In this document: positions 21,632 through 35,566 of the stretch, piece after piece
How positions within the stretch are numbered: the first letter of the stretch is position 1
Layout: every line of letters starts with the position of its first letter
NCBI RefSeq assembly: GCF_023055435.1
Contig: NW_025964112.1
Coordinates: forward strand, 14,136,001 to 14,200,000
DNA from: Haliotis rufescens
Taxonomy: Eukaryota
DNA length: 64,000 nucleotides
Direction: 5' to 3'
The notes under the pieces: model-generated
What the model was told of the DNA's origin: nothing
The model's input: the letters and a program-made list of their open reading frames with translations, nothing else
The model's database searches: none
Made by a program: the position numbers and the translations under genes

Positions 21632-22622
21632 CCACACTGAAACTCATGTAGCACATGTGGTATCTCCTTGGGCAAGTGAATTTGTTCGAAATATGCTTCT
21701 GTTAACCCAGCAGTGAATGGGTACCCGGTAGGAGGAGGTGGTAACCTTCTGGCACCTCACATGTAAATGGACCCAATGTTTCTATATGCTGCCTGTTTCT
21801 CAAACCTTCTCATTGCAGACTGAATATGTTGTTGAGTTTGTTGGCTGTTGCCATGTTTTTAAGAAGGAATTGAATGAGTTTCAATTCAAACTGACATGAT
21901 TCAGGCAACTGCTGTAGAAAGGACAACTGATATGGCAAACCCATCCATCCAGTGGAGTTTAAATGTAGCTGTTGTTGACATTGTGTCTGAACTGACTTGT
22001 TTTACATTAAATTTGCATTATAACAACAAAGCGATACTGTGTAATTGAGCGGTGGCATTTAGGCAACACAGAGCATCACGGAAGCGAGCTGATTGATTGA
22101 AATAATCCTCATTGATCTGAAAGAGCACAGCGCACTGAAGAATGCTCTTTTATTGGTAGAGGTGATAAAGTTGTAAGTTCAGCTTGTGCCCATTTGAAAT
22201 ATACTTTGTTTAGTTCTGGAGTGATGTACAAAGTAAGAAGGAAGATTGTGTCTCATCTTCGTTGTGACAGGGTGGTTTTTGTAAGCTATATAGATCTTTT
22301 CTATAGGTCCTGATATTTGCAGATCCCTGTGGGGTTCTGGAACAGAATGGGTCCTTAGGATCTGTCTTGGCAACCATATTGCATTTGCCAAGAATCTGCT
22401 TTAGCATGTATTCATACTTGCTGTACTGTCCTAGCTGGGTTCTGTCCTATCAAACATCTGTGTCATATCACATGTTTGACTTAGGAGATACACATGTACT
22501 TTCAGTTTCCACGAACACGTGGTATCATCAGTATTTGATAGTGATTCATAAACACATGGGGTTAATAATAGTCAGTTCGGTCCGATGGACTCCTCTTTGG
22601 TTGAGATTTCTTATAATTATGG

Positions 22623-22788
22623 GGGGCGGTCGGGTAGCCTAGTGGTTGAAGCGTTCGCTCGTCACACCAAAGACCCGGGTTCGATTCCCGACATGGGTAC
22701 AATGTGTGAAGCCCATTTCTGGTGTCCCCCGCCGTGATATTGCTGGAATATTGCTAAAAGCTGTGTAATACCATACTCACTCACTCAC
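22623..22788 (+). mobile_element. SINE family A
   Basis: Near-consensus copy; TSD CTT(A/T)TAATTATGG. Confidence 0.92.
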
Positions 22789-23869
22789 TTTTAATTATGG
22801 AAATGGATTTTGTCACTTTTGACTTTTTGTGTTTGATGACTGGATATTTCATTTGGAACTGCCAGTGATTTTAAGTCGTAAAATTGCCACCGTTCAGATT
22901 CTCAAAACCCCACATAATGTGTATCAGCAATATAAATATAAAACTTATTGGTAATTTTCTGTAGCATTCTCTCCTTTCTGAATTCTCCCAGTTTTCCCGG
23001 TGGACGACATCTAATGCTTCATCGATAACTGAGCCTGCCCAGTTTGCAGTATGTGGAGTAGGAATATCTAAATTCAAGTTGTTTAGATAAATAGTGAAGA
23101 AACTAAATATATAATTAACTGGGTATCTGTTTCACGAGGCCAAATGCCACACTTTTAAAATTTGGAATTGAGGACAAAAGATACTCATCAAGAAATGTAT
23201 TCATACGCATTGAAAAGTACAGGAGAATTCTGATACAATTTAACAAGTCAGGGCATACATATTCTTCAGATGTTGAGTCTACACAAACTTGATTTAATCA
23301 ACACTATCAATAAAGGAGTCTGGGAGCTGCTGAATTAAGTGATAATTACTACTAAATCATCAGTAAATGGAATGATAAGCTACTGTAATTAGTAGTGATT
23401 AGTGTTCATCAAAATGGATGTTATCGGAGGCTTACAAGGAAGGGATTGAATGGAATGGATACTGCTGAATATTGGTTAATTACCACGCTTTTCCATCAGT
23501 ACTGTTGTCTCCTTAGTACACAGTTATCTTAGGAGAAATACAACAGAAATATTTGAATCATTTCATCATGTTTATTGTTGCCTATTTGTCAAATAATGTC
23601 AAAGAATATTAGTAATTTGTGATAACAAAAATACTGTTTTGGAAACTAAGGACTTCATAATGTCAAGGAGTAGGTGTTTGTTTCATAGTATTCTTCTTTA
23701 TTGTGTTTAGTTTATATATTTATTTTTTAATCATTCAAATATATACGACATCAATGGTAAAAAATAACCATTCTGGATTATTCACCAAAACTGATTCCAG
23801 TTGGGTCAAAAAGCAACATTGTGGCGAAAATTGTAGGAATGTGTCACTTAAACTCACTGATGACACCAG

Positions 23870-23976
23870 GGCCCACTTGCACAAAGCGATCTTAGCGCTA
23901 ATATGATCGTAACTCCCATGCTTTAACATAGGCTTACAATAGTCATACTGCTAAGATCGCTTTGTGCAAGTGGGCC
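23870..23976. mobile_element. Small MITE with 27-bp perfect TIRs (Harbinger-like); related degenerate copy at ~25782-25880
   Basis: GGCCCACTTGCACAAAGCGATCTTAGC / GCTAAGATCGCTTTGTGCAAGTGGGCC. Confidence 0.8.
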
Positions 23977-24844
23977 TTGTTGCTAGTTAAAGTGTAAGCA
24001 GGACTTGACAATATCAAACCATTTTGATGAAGATTCAATTTTATTTTCCTTTTATCGATAATCAAAGATACCATTACTTATGACTGTTCTCTCAAGAGTA
24101 GACAAAATGAATCGTTAAATTGATTTTCAAAATTAAACATTCAGTAGAGAGTTGATCTGGCAGCACATATTGCCTCCAGCCTATATTTACATAGTGTTTC
24201 TTTGCAGGACCACGTTGACTAGGTGTAAGGTTGTTCAATACTTAATGAGTGCAGAAGGAGTAGCTATTCTTGGGACAACTAACGTGTAGGGTCTCGGCTC
24301 TGGTACCATTGCAGTCGGAAGCTGTCTCACTCTGACTTCAGCATCTTCTTGACAGAGATTGGGAGTAAAAGTAAAAGATAGATTCAGTAAAGCCTCTTGT
24401 AACCACATTATGTACTTCCATCATCAATATTTCAAAATGTCATTTGTAATTTGAGATTAGTGGTTTTAGAGATTTAGATTCATGTGTTTTGAGCACGGAC
24501 GTATATCAATGTACGTCTTTGGTTTTGAGAGGTTTGAGTTGGTGACATCTTATGTCTATGAGGTAGAGTCTCTTACTGCAAGTCAGTGTGTCATCCAATT
24601 TGTCCTCTGTGGGATTGTCACATGACCAGATCTGATTTTGATTATTCGGTCAGGCTAATACTCTCCACTGGATAAGTCCGTTTGAGATTTAGAGAATATA
24701 ATTTACGATCTATGTGAAATTCTGGAACTTCTATCCCAAGCGAGTGGATTCTGTCAGGAGTTTTGGCAAGGGACTTTCCTCATTAATTCTCGTGGGATAG
24801 TTGCCAGTTAATAGTGGTTATTTTATAGATGTATGCTACCAGAA

Positions 24845-25125
24845 GAGTGAGTGAGTGAGTCGGGTTGAACGCCGCTTTTAACATTATTCCAGTTCTATCA
24901 CGGTGTGTCAGCTTAATGTGGGAAGAAAGCCCGAAGTGATGCAGGTTTCAGACGTTTACCACTTCGGTGAAACCCACGAGCACGGGTATGGTGCTGACAA
25001 ACCTAGAAACATAATCAGAGCGAACCGGAATCAAACCCACAATCATAGGTTTCTGGCATGCCCAAGGGACGCATCTCTGCATAGCAAATTGCGGCGCCTT
25101 GGACGACTGGACCACGCTTGTCCCC
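24845..25125 (-). mobile_element. SINE family C, full length
   Basis: (GAGT)n start, full body, ends GACGACTGGACCACGCTTGTCCCC. Confidence 0.9.
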
Positions 25126-25915
25126 ATGAAATGTGGTTTTGTTGATCACATAATTAGAGACAAATGAGGTCACACAGAAAACTTCTGTGAGGGGGCACAG
25201 GTATTGCTTTTGTATAAGGTTGCACAATTCGTGATAATGATGTATTTCTCAGCTTAATGATGATGATTCCTAATCTGTCAGCTCTTTACGTGGAGATGTG
25301 GGCGTTATGATAGTGGTAAATATCTAAGAACTTTGTTGTTTTGGGCTCCTCAAACTAAAACATGCCACGACATGACTGAAATGTTGATCAAAGTAAATCC
25401 AACTCACTGACTCCTGATTCCTGAAATGGTGTCAGTGTGTTAACCAATGCATTGGTCTCACCTGCAGTCACATAGCTGAGCATGGCAAGTACCAATCACA
25501 GCCTCACTCACTTACTCATCGATGCAGTAACACCACATCTTCATCAGTCCATCATCCACTGAACCTGTGTGGGATCTGAAATAATGGCACAAATAATGAT
25601 TGGGCTTTCGGTCTATCGCCAAAGAAAATGAACCTTCTAGTGCTTTAGCGTCAGATTTTACTCTTAACATAGGGGCTGCTACTGGCTAACTCGCAGTACC
25701 AAAAAGATTTATTTCAAATAGTTACAGACTGTTATATTACTGTCAACTCTCTTGGGTTTATGCTTAGGTGGTTTGGATCAAGGGCCCCATTCCACAAGCG
25801 CCATATTTGTCGTAAGTTTATGTGAAAGTGTGGGAGTTACTAACGTCTTCGCACTAAGCTCGCTTTGTGGAACAGGCCCTGATCTACAAAACCTTTGCTG
25901 CATTACTATGGTTGT

Positions 25916-26136
25916 AGTGAGTGAGTGAGTTGGGTTTAACGCCACTTTTAACAGTATTCCAGTTATATCACGGCCTGTCAGCTTAATGTCGGAGGAAAGT
26001 CCGAAGTGATGCAGGTCTCAGACGTTTACCGCTTCGGTGAAACCCACAAGCACGGGTATGGTGCTGACAAACCTAGAAACATAATTGGGGTGAACCAGGA
26101 TTCGAACCCACAATCATAGGTTTCTGGCGTGCCCAA
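25916..26136 (-). mobile_element. SINE family C, 5'-truncated
   Basis: Matches family C up to TTTCTGGCGTGCCCAA. Confidence 0.88.
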
Positions 26137-27083
26137 ACAATGATTGTTAGTCTATGTTAAACTATAAGGTTATGATAGTCATAGTGCAGTGAATGTTTGA
26201 GGTATGGTGGACATATTAGGTTCTCCGTATTTCAACATGTTTCCTGTTTTCAACAATATTTCATCTTCTGATGTGATGAAAAGAATTAAAATTGCGCCAT
26301 AGACAAATTGACAGAGAAATGTGCTATTTCCGAAGTACAAATCAGTTCATGTATTAAAGGTCAGCACAGAAGCACAGACATAGTCCCATGTGCATTTGTA
26401 GCTGACAGATGGTCACGTGATCCTTTCTGACTCCAGATCAGCTGCTGCTGAGTGATTAGTGGTCAAATTAACACAGGATTTGCTATAAATGAGCTATGTA
26501 TAGTTTATGAGGTCAGTTGTCAGTTCACATACACAGATACCTAGACATCTGGTGTGTGTTGGCGTCAGAATTAATCCTCACCTTGTAGGCTTTTTGTTAC
26601 ATTGTTGATCAAAGATATATCCTCAAAGTGATGAAGATGGTTTAGATATAAGTAGATACACAATGAACCATGTCCTGTGTATGGATTTCCTAACCTCCCA
26701 GGGATGCATCCTGCCATGTAAGAACTTGTAGAGACAGAGGAACATGACTGTTATGCTAACAAATCTAGAAGCCCACCACACACATACCCCTTTCTGAAAA
26801 TACCGTACAGATATTGTATGTCTTCTTATTTTCGACCCCTTCTTGTGGAAATGTTGATTCTGTCCTTGATTCTGCTAATGCTTTTATCTGCAGGATCTAA
26901 ACAGGGTTTTTTATCGTTAAATATTTATGATTAGATAAAATGAATCAATAGAAAGTTATTGATAAGACATGCAAAAAGTAAATGGGCCTTGTTTTTAAGT
27001 TTTCCTGAAAAGTTCACAATTTTCTGAGTGACCATGTTTTATGTTACTTTTAAAAAATCATGGTCCAATATAGCTTAACGACG

Positions 27084-28318
27084 GAGTGAAAGCATGGTCA
27101 AGTACAGTGTAAAGGTGGATTGAGAGCATGGTTTAGTATGGCGTATAGATGGAGTGAGAGCAAGGTCCAGTATGACATAAAGGTGGATTGAGAGCATGTC
27201 GTAAGGTGGATTGAGAGCATGATCCAGTATGACATAAAGGTGGATTGAGTGCATGGTCTAGTATGACATAAAGGTGGATTGAGAGCATGGTCCAGTATGA
27301 CATAAAGGTGGATTGAGAGAGTGGTCCAGTATGACATAAAGGTGGATTGAGAGCATGGTCCAGTATGACATAAAGGTGGATTGAGAGCATGATCCAGTAT
27401 GACATAAAGGTGGATTGAGAGCATGGTCCAGTATGACATAAAGGTGGATTGAGAGCATGATCAAGTATGACATAAAGGTGGATTGAGAGCATGGTCCAGT
27501 ATGACGTAAGGGTGGAATGAGAGCATGGTCCAGTATGACATAAAGGTGGATTGAGAGCGTGGTCCAGCATGACATAAAGGTGGATTGAGAGCATGGTCCA
27601 GTATGTCGTAAGGGTGGAATGAGAGCATGATCAAGTATGACATAAAGGTGGATTGAGAGCATGGTCCAGTATGATGTAAGGGTGGAATGAGAGCATGGTC
27701 CAGTTATGTGTAAACCTGGAGTGAGGGCATGGTCCAGTATGTCATAAAATTGGCTTGAGAGTATGGTCCATCATGATGTAAAGGTGGATTGAGAGCATGG
27801 TCGAGCATGACGTAAAGGTGGATTGAGAGCATGGTCCAGTATGACATAAAGGTGGATTGAGAGTGTGGTCCAGTATGTCGTAAGGTGGATTGAGAGCATG
27901 ATCCAGTATGACATAAAGGTGGATTGAGAGTGTGATCCAGTATGACATAAAGGTGGATTGAGAGCATGGTCCAGTATGACATAAAGGTGGATTGAGAGAA
28001 TGGTCCAGTATGACATAAAGGTGGATTGAGAGCATGGTCCAGTATGTCGTAAGGGAGGAATGAGAGCATGGTCCAGTATGGTGTAAACCTGGAGTGAGGG
28101 CATGATCCAGTATGACATAAAGGTGGATTGAGAGCATGGTCCAGTATGATGTAAGGGTGGAATGAGAGCATGGTCCAGTATGGTGTAAACCTGGAGTGAG
28201 GGCATGGTCCAGTATGATGTAAAGGTGGATTGAGTGCATGGTCCAGCATGATGTAAAGGTGGATTGAGAGCATGGTCCAGTATGACATAAAGGTGGATTG
28301 AGAGCATGGTCCAGCATG
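27084..28318. repeat. Minisatellite, 34-bp unit, ~36 copies, three unit variants
   Basis: GAGAGCATGGTCCAGTATGACATAAAGGTGGATT; the 34-aa periodicity of the overlapping ORFs equals 3 units. Confidence 0.97.
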
Positions 28319-30179
28319 GACTACATTTACTTGTTCTAAATTCTCCATACCATCCATATCTTGATATTGGCTGTTTCCTTCTTGTTGAACTTTGGTATGG
28401 GAGAATATTCTGATAGTGTTTTGTATCTATGAGTTTGTCACTTCAAGTTCTTTATATTTTTCATGTAGCTGAGAAATGAATGTGATAACCCCAAAGATTC
28501 TGATGTTTCAATTAATTGACGTGTGAAGTGAATAATGGCTGTTATTTTTATAATGTATTTCCTGTAGTCATCTTTCACAGCAGGGTTTGCATAAATCATC
28601 TGTCATATTTCGCAATTGATTTCCAGAGCATCATAAAAAAACTGTTAAAAATTAATTTCATATTTCAGACTTCAAATAGGTTATGCTTGGAAGTTTGAAT
28701 GATGATAAATGGGTGTTTGAGTTTTTGCTTTAGAAAAGGTAGTGATATGATTTGCATTGGAGAATATGATATGTTACCATGGAAACTACATTGGAAATTG
28801 TGTGCAGTTGAGGAATATATTATTTATTTTAGCATAACTTTTAAAGGAGACATTTGATCCGAGGTCTTGTGACCCCTAGACAACCTTTTTCAAAACAGTT
28901 ACAAACAATCTCATGGTTGTTGGTCAGGTGACCCATAAATACCCAGCCCATCTTCAAAGTTACCTGCCGACATTCAGACATTCACAAACTGAAAAGTCGT
29001 GAAAAAAATAAAAGACAAATCATGTCTTGATTCGGCTGAAATAATGCTGACAATTACTTGCGAATCTACAATGAGTTATGATAAAACTGAATGCGTAAGT
29101 TGGCTTAAACTTATCTGCCAGACAGTGGGGCAGGTAGGGAAAATTTTAATGCAGCCCGACCGAAAAGTTACCAGCCACGGGCAGGCGGGCAGGCTTTATT
29201 TCGGACACTGAGCACCAATAGGTCTACCAAATAAATGTATAGTTTATCACCTGAACTACGAGATAAGTATGTGCAAACCAATACATGTGGTACAGAATGG
29301 CCTGACAATTTCAGTTCCCTCACTGCAGAGAGTCCTTCTGGTACCTATGTATTTCCAAGTGTGTCTTCCCTCTGTTTCTGCAGTGATGTATGTATGGTGA
29401 TTCAGCTGATATATGCTGTTCCATTACCCTGATGCTAATGTGGTCCTCAGGCTACAGCCCTGGCCTCTCATGTGGATACAATATTATATTGATGAAAATG
29501 TCACAAGCAGCTCCCAGAGGGACTGGTACAAACTGTGACATTCAACACTGTCTTCTTACAGTCGGCTTCAATTGTATCCATGTAATGAATTAACTAAAAA
29601 ACATGTTTTAGATAACCAGGTGCTGCCGAAGCTAAAAACTAATTAGAACTTAGGAACCTCATGATTATTTTCTGCAGTAACTGAACAACTTTGGTATTTT
29701 TTTTTAAAATTCTGCAATTTGGACAGACAGTAGGAACACTTGGACCATCTTCTTTTTTTAATCTAACGTAACTGATTTGAGGGTGAGAATGCTTTTTGTC
29801 CCGTTCTTGGTACTATGCAATTATTTATTCATCATATTAACGCAAGCGCTTTGTAAGCAATTGGAGTGCAATGAAATATTCATCATAATAAGAGTAATTA
29901 TTAACCCTTCTGTTATGTTAATGAGATCTCTCTCCCCAAATGAGAGCAAGTATACGATAAGTGTACAGCTGACAAGCTACAATTTACCATTGTTAAATTT
30001 GACATTCTCTGTGGATAGCCTATAAGCCACATACCGCTTAAATTGCTCCCAAGACGGGTATGTTCCTACTGGTCTCTCATCATGGCTGAGGTGGCCACAT
30101 GGGCCTCTTATGCCAACATAGGCCTTTCGTTCTTAGCCTGGGTTTGCTGATCTCCACTAAGAAGAGATACATTACTGTG

Positions 30180-30218
30180 ATGACAACTATTTCAGAATCG
30201 GAGTCCGAGCCTGACAAG
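30180..30218 (+). CDS. Candidate first coding exon segment (MTTISESESEPDK), phase-0 donor
   Basis: ATG...AAG|GTAATC; unique sequence; no homology assigned. Confidence 0.3.
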
Positions 30219-33200
30219 GTAATCATGTGTTTATGTTTGGAATAATCCTTAAATGGCATGCACTGACATGGATTTTTCAGCCATCTTTAATACAGATGGT
30301 GTACTATTTGAATATTGAAAGGGTATTGGTTGCAAATTGACTGTGGTATTTGAGTTTTCTTAGTTCCATTGGAAAGGTATGGGAGTTTGGATGGATGATG
30401 GGAATTGAATGGATAATTATCCTTCGATTGTTAGAATAAATTAAGAATATTGAATGACATGATGTGTATATATACTAAATTGCAGCCAGTTTCTTTTTTG
30501 TTTTATTTAAATTTGGTTTATTGTCATATTTATAATCTTCATCTTTTTATCATCAGAAAATAATGTCTTGGGACCTTTTCAATGTTGTGTTTGTATAAGA
30601 AAAAACTCATTATGAGACATATTGATATTTGTTGCTTTGTTCTTGATATCACCTGTTTTAGTAGGTAAACATACTGTAGAAAATAGAAGTGAAAACTATA
30701 AACTAACTTTGCAGATACAATTGTGTGGGATAGAATTATATATATTTCAACTTAATTGTAAAATATAAAGCATCATCTCTTCGGAGCCTTTTTCTACATA
30801 AAACAATGTATATATCTGTGTTTCTTCTGTTCAGAAGCTAGCTTTCAGACTATTTTTCTTTCCTCAAATGTTTCAACTTTTCTGAAATGCAAATTCTATG
30901 TTGTGCAATCTTTCAATCACACATAACACAATATTAAATATGTGAAAAGTTGAAATTGCATTTATTGTAAAATTACTGAACTAAACATGCTTGAGGCCAG
31001 ACTCTCTTGCTCTGTAGTCCAAGGCCATATTAATGGTTCTCAGAGTCGGAGATTGGCATCATTACATGACATTGTGAGAGGGAGCATATTTCTCTATGAG
31101 CACGTTTGCTATCTGCCAGTTTCTACGAATGGCTCAGAATCAATAGAAACCGTGAATAAAACATTTATTGTCCAATTTGCTCAAGAAATACCATCAGACT
31201 GCGTATTGATTCCAGAAATGATTTGCCATTTGTCAGAAGTTCTAGTCAAAGACATTTCATGTTCAATTGGAGAGGTTTATGACCATTTCAAGCAAATTCC
31301 TCCCTGTTAGAGCTAATCAAAAGTGGCTAAATTCTTTGAATTTCCATTTCAATGAAGTTAAGTTAATGTATTGATGCTTCTCAATCATTTGGGTGAAGTA
31401 TGCTGAAGATCTAGCAAATATATACATACATATATCTTTCATGTGGAATTAATTAAGGTTCATTAACATTAGATTTGAATAATAACACTTAATCTGTTTC
31501 CTTCAGAATAATTCAGATCTAAAGGATATAATTGTATGTGTTAAGAATCCTATTGGTCAGAAAGTTAGAAATGCTCATATTGAATAATTGGCTTGCTAAT
31601 TGAAATTTGAGTTTGATGTTGCAGATAGCATGTTATTCAGTCATCTGTTAGTGAAGGTTGTACTTGAGATGTAGTACATATCATTGTTAACCTTTCTAGT
31701 AGAACCTTTCTGCTGAACACAAGAATATATGGAGCACTTTGGTCTTGTCAATTAAAATGTTTATCTTGTTTAAAAATCTAACTTTGAGTAAAATGTACCT
31801 ACAAGACTAGAAATGTTGGTGCTTTTACCTTAATGGAATTTTTAACAAGAGCACAAAACTTTATATTCGTTTTGTTCTATTAATTAAGTACAATAAGTTC
31901 ATGTTTGAGTTTTTATTTCTAATTAAGTTTTCAGTGATAATGTCACAAAAATGTTATGATGGATGATGTTCTGACAGCATATTTTTTAATACGAATGCCA
32001 GTCAGAGTGTTTTTAGGAGGTTTAAGATGCAGAATTCAGAGATGCCTCTTCTGCACTGTCGAAGACAATATGGAAGTATTACCAAGGGACTACCATCAAC
32101 ATCAGTGGCAGCAGCCATTTAAACAGACTTGGACCGCTAAAACACCTGGGCCTGCATGCTTGAGGCATCCATCTTTTAGTGTCGATAATCCAATTAGGAA
32201 ATCAAAGAAGCATCCATAAATTTTCTCTGAATATTTTTTAGCAGTTGATAATATTTTATGCATATTATTATACTTGTTCATCTCAGCATATCCTGATGAA
32301 ATTTTACTGTTTATGAAATTTTGGATGTTCTATGTTCTTTGGAGTTGCTGTTCAGTAAAATGTCTCACAATATAGCAATATATATATATATATAAGAGTT
32401 CATAAGTCATTGCGTGAGGATCTGAGTTGATTTTATGGAGATATTTGGAAAACTGATGGTACTTTATTAAGAAACCCTTTTTTTTAGTGAATAAACAAGA
32501 TGAAATATTTGTATTGATTATCTATGAATTCTAGCAGGTTGAGTTTGGTAAATAAATAAGTAATGTTGGAATTTAGACATCTTAAGGAGCCAGAATTTGC
32601 CATGATCAATTTATGAGTCATATTCAACGCCATTCCCCAGTCAATATTTGAACCAGAGGACCAAGAGAATTATGGTAATGACCACTTGAACAATTCAACA
32701 TGACAAGCTTTTCATGAAGTAGATAAAATGTTCCATGATCAATATTCTCTCCTGGTTTGGTTGAACAGCAAGTGTGGTGCTGCCGAGAGAGTGGGTGTTA
32801 TGAAATCCGATTTTTACACTTCCCGAACATCAGAATCAATACCACGTCCCCTGTAGGCATTTGGTCAAGATCAGGAGAAAATTACATGATACTGTACAAA
32901 TATTGTCCTTCAAGAGAGGAGCTGATTTGTCTACAGGCTATGGACACCACAGCACTAATGATGGCCAAACCACTGCGGACCTTAGGCAGTACTAGCCAGT
33001 GGTCAGTTTGTAAGCCAGTACTAGCCAGTGGTCAGTTTGTAAGCGGTGGTGACTGTGTGTTCACTCGCTGTGGAAGAAGAGTCGAGAGTAAATTCCCCCT
33101 TGGTTCAATTATATTCTCTCGATGAACCTTCATAGGGTAAACACAAAGACATGTTGGTTTTGCTCTTAGATTTCAGCCATTGGGTATATCTTGAGTTGGT

Positions 33201-33507
33201 GGTGATGGTCCTATGAATGTTGTATGAATCAGAAATAATCCCCCTCGCTGGTGGTGATGGGGGTATTGAATGTAGCCAGATGGAAGCGAAGCAGTCTACC
33301 TGCTGGGTATTGGGGTCACGAAGATAATGTACTGTTTCACATTATATCAAATATCTGATACAAATTTAGAAGAAGTGTAATGATGGCAACATGGCCAGCA
33401 AAGATTTAATACCAGTCTTTACATCAGGCAGTTGAGTAAATGTATTCATGTATTCAAAATCAATCAAATGACTTCTTTGATAGGCATTTAGAAGTTGGAG
33501 TACTAAG

Positions 33508-33687
33508 TAAGGATAAGATTTATGGATGAACAACTTCTTTATTACAATTATTGGAGATGTTTCAGTGTAGGTTCTAACACCATTAACAAGCAAGTCATCA
33601 CTTGCTTGATAATAGTGTTAGAACCTACACCAAAATGTCACTCTTAATTGTAATAAAGAAGTTATTCATCTATAAATCTTATTCTTA
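33508..33687. mobile_element. Fold-back palindromic element, TAAGGAT...ATTCTTA termini
   Basis: Whole 180 bp is an imperfect palindrome centred on CAAGCAAGT-CATC-ACTTGCTTG. Confidence 0.8.
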
Positions 33688-34154
33688 ATCAATCAAATTA
33701 TTCCCATCAACCACTGAAACAATAGTAGATGGTCAAAATCACAGCAATTCAGAAGTAGAATAGACATTAACCTACATACAGTTCTCGTAAAAGTGTGATA
33801 ATATATAGTTCCTAGTTTATATGAAGATAGACAGTTTCTCCATGACCTTCCTAACAGTATAACATGCAAATCAACTCCAGCAAACCCTTATAATAAATCA
33901 AGTAATGCTGATGCATTGGGATACTTTTGCTTAATATATTCAAATGTTTTTAGTATCTATATTTCCAACATTTTGATTCTGTAATATTAATGTTGATATG
34001 GTTATCTCACTGCACTTGACATCAGTCAATGACTGTTTATGATAATGACAATAACAAGGTCCCAGGACACATTGATTCTGTTATGGAATGTAATTATCCC
34101 TGTCATTCTATCATCATTCATTTCATAGACTTCTCATGGTCTTTGTACTTCACA

Positions 34155-34320
34155 GGGGCGGTCGGGTAGCCTAGTGGTCAAAGCGTTTGCTCGTCACGCC
34201 GAAGACCCGGGTTCGATTCCCGACATGGGTACAATGTGTGAAGCCCACTTCTGGTGTCCCCCGCCGTGATATTGCTGGAATATTGCTAAAAGTGGCGTAA
34301 AACCATACTCACTCACTCAC
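34155..34320 (+). mobile_element. SINE family A
   Basis: Near-consensus copy; TSD TTGTACTT(C/T)AC. Confidence 0.92.
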
Positions 34321-35131
34321 TTGTACTTTACTGTTTCAGTGTGGGTGGCATATTCAACCAAGGTTTGTGTTTTAGACAAACCATATACTCGGAGTTATTC
34401 CGGCTAGAAGGACTTATACAATATGTAGCAAGTACATATAAAATTTAGATGAAGACTCTAGTTTTCACAAAACCCCTAATTATTTTTTAAAAAGACAATT
34501 GCCTTTACAGGATCAGATAAGACAACAAGCTGTTAAATGTTAATGTTAAGTGGTAATGGTATTAAAATCCATCTGATATGTAGTTTGTTGGATCCAAGAT
34601 GATGACTCACATGTATCCCATCATTTGGTGCATCAGTGAAGTCGGAAATTAGAGTGATGATGTAAGATTGCAAATGAAGTTAATAAATAAAAGCGACAAA
34701 ACCCTTTCCATGAGGAATGTCTTTACATCAAAGATCTTACAATACCTCATTAGTGCTTGTTTTGTTGATCAGCCGCCTTGAGAAATATAAAAAAAATAAC
34801 TTCTTTCAAAAATTAAAAAGTCCCCTTCATATAGAAATCAATAAATTAGACCATACTTTAGAAAGAAAACCGGTTCCTAAAATTATTTTATGAATGTAGT
34901 TTGTCTGTCCACTTCTAAGAGGGGATTTTTTTCTCAAAAACTATGTAAGTCACAGAAATGAAATGTTTCACGCTGATGTTACTGGTCATGATCTCAATGA
35001 GTTCAAAAATTGGTGTTGTAAATATGTCATCTGAATATGCAAAAGCACACCAGGTTTTTTATCTTTTTCTCCTAAAAGAACAAACAACACTGTATTATTT
35101 CTTGTTGTTCTTTGCCTAATTGTTGTCATTT

Positions 35132-35566
35132 GGTGGGGTATCCTAGTGGTTAAAGCGACTGCTCATCATGGTTTAATTCCCTGGGTTCGATTCCCTTCAT
35201 GGGGGCTGGGGGGGGGACACGGATGGCCCAGTCAATGGTGCTGCGATTCGCTGTGCAGAGTTGACACACCAGAAACCTATGATTGTGGGTTCGAATCCCG
35301 GTTCACCCTGATTATGTTTCTAGGTTCGCAGCACCATACCCGTGCTCGTGGGTTTCACCGAAGTGGTAAACATCTGAGAACTGCATCACTTCAGGCTTTC
35401 CTCCCACATTAAGCTGACACGCCGCGATATAACTGGAATAATGTTAAAAGCAGCGTTAAACCCAACTCACTCACTCACTCACCCTACATGGGTACAATGT
35501 GTGAAGTCCATTTCTAGCGTCCCCCACCATGATATTGTCAGAATATCACTAAAGTGGTGTACTCAC
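35132..35566 (+). mobile_element. Old SINE A split by a SINE C insertion
   Basis: A head 35132-35203; A body resumes at 35482 (CCCTACATGGGTACAATGTGTGAAG). Confidence 0.8.
35204..35481 (+). mobile_element. SINE family C nested in SINE A
   Basis: TSD CCCT(T/A)CATGGG (35193-35203, 35482-35492). Confidence 0.9.

Noticed and set aside
21660-21730. CORE/Deu-like SINE domain fragment (CCTTGGGCAAG...CCCAGCAGTGAATGGGTACC)
   Set aside because: Too short and degenerate, with no head, tail or TSD to define an element.
22623-22700. tRNA-Asp gene (GTC anticodon-like loop; same for the other family A heads)
   Set aside because: No acceptor stem, and it continues into a SINE body and tail with TSDs.
27084-28318. 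CRISPR-like array (also considered for 36025-36903 and 62163-63076)
   Set aside because: Units are contiguous with no unique spacers; eukaryotic context; no cas genes.
27098-28357. Minus-strand ORFs of 113-217 aa
   Set aside because: Products of the 34-bp minisatellite; the frame cycles through the same three peptides.
32989-33044. 29-bp tandem duplication (similar small duplication at ~6946-6997)
   Set aside because: Simple local slippage duplications with no further structure.
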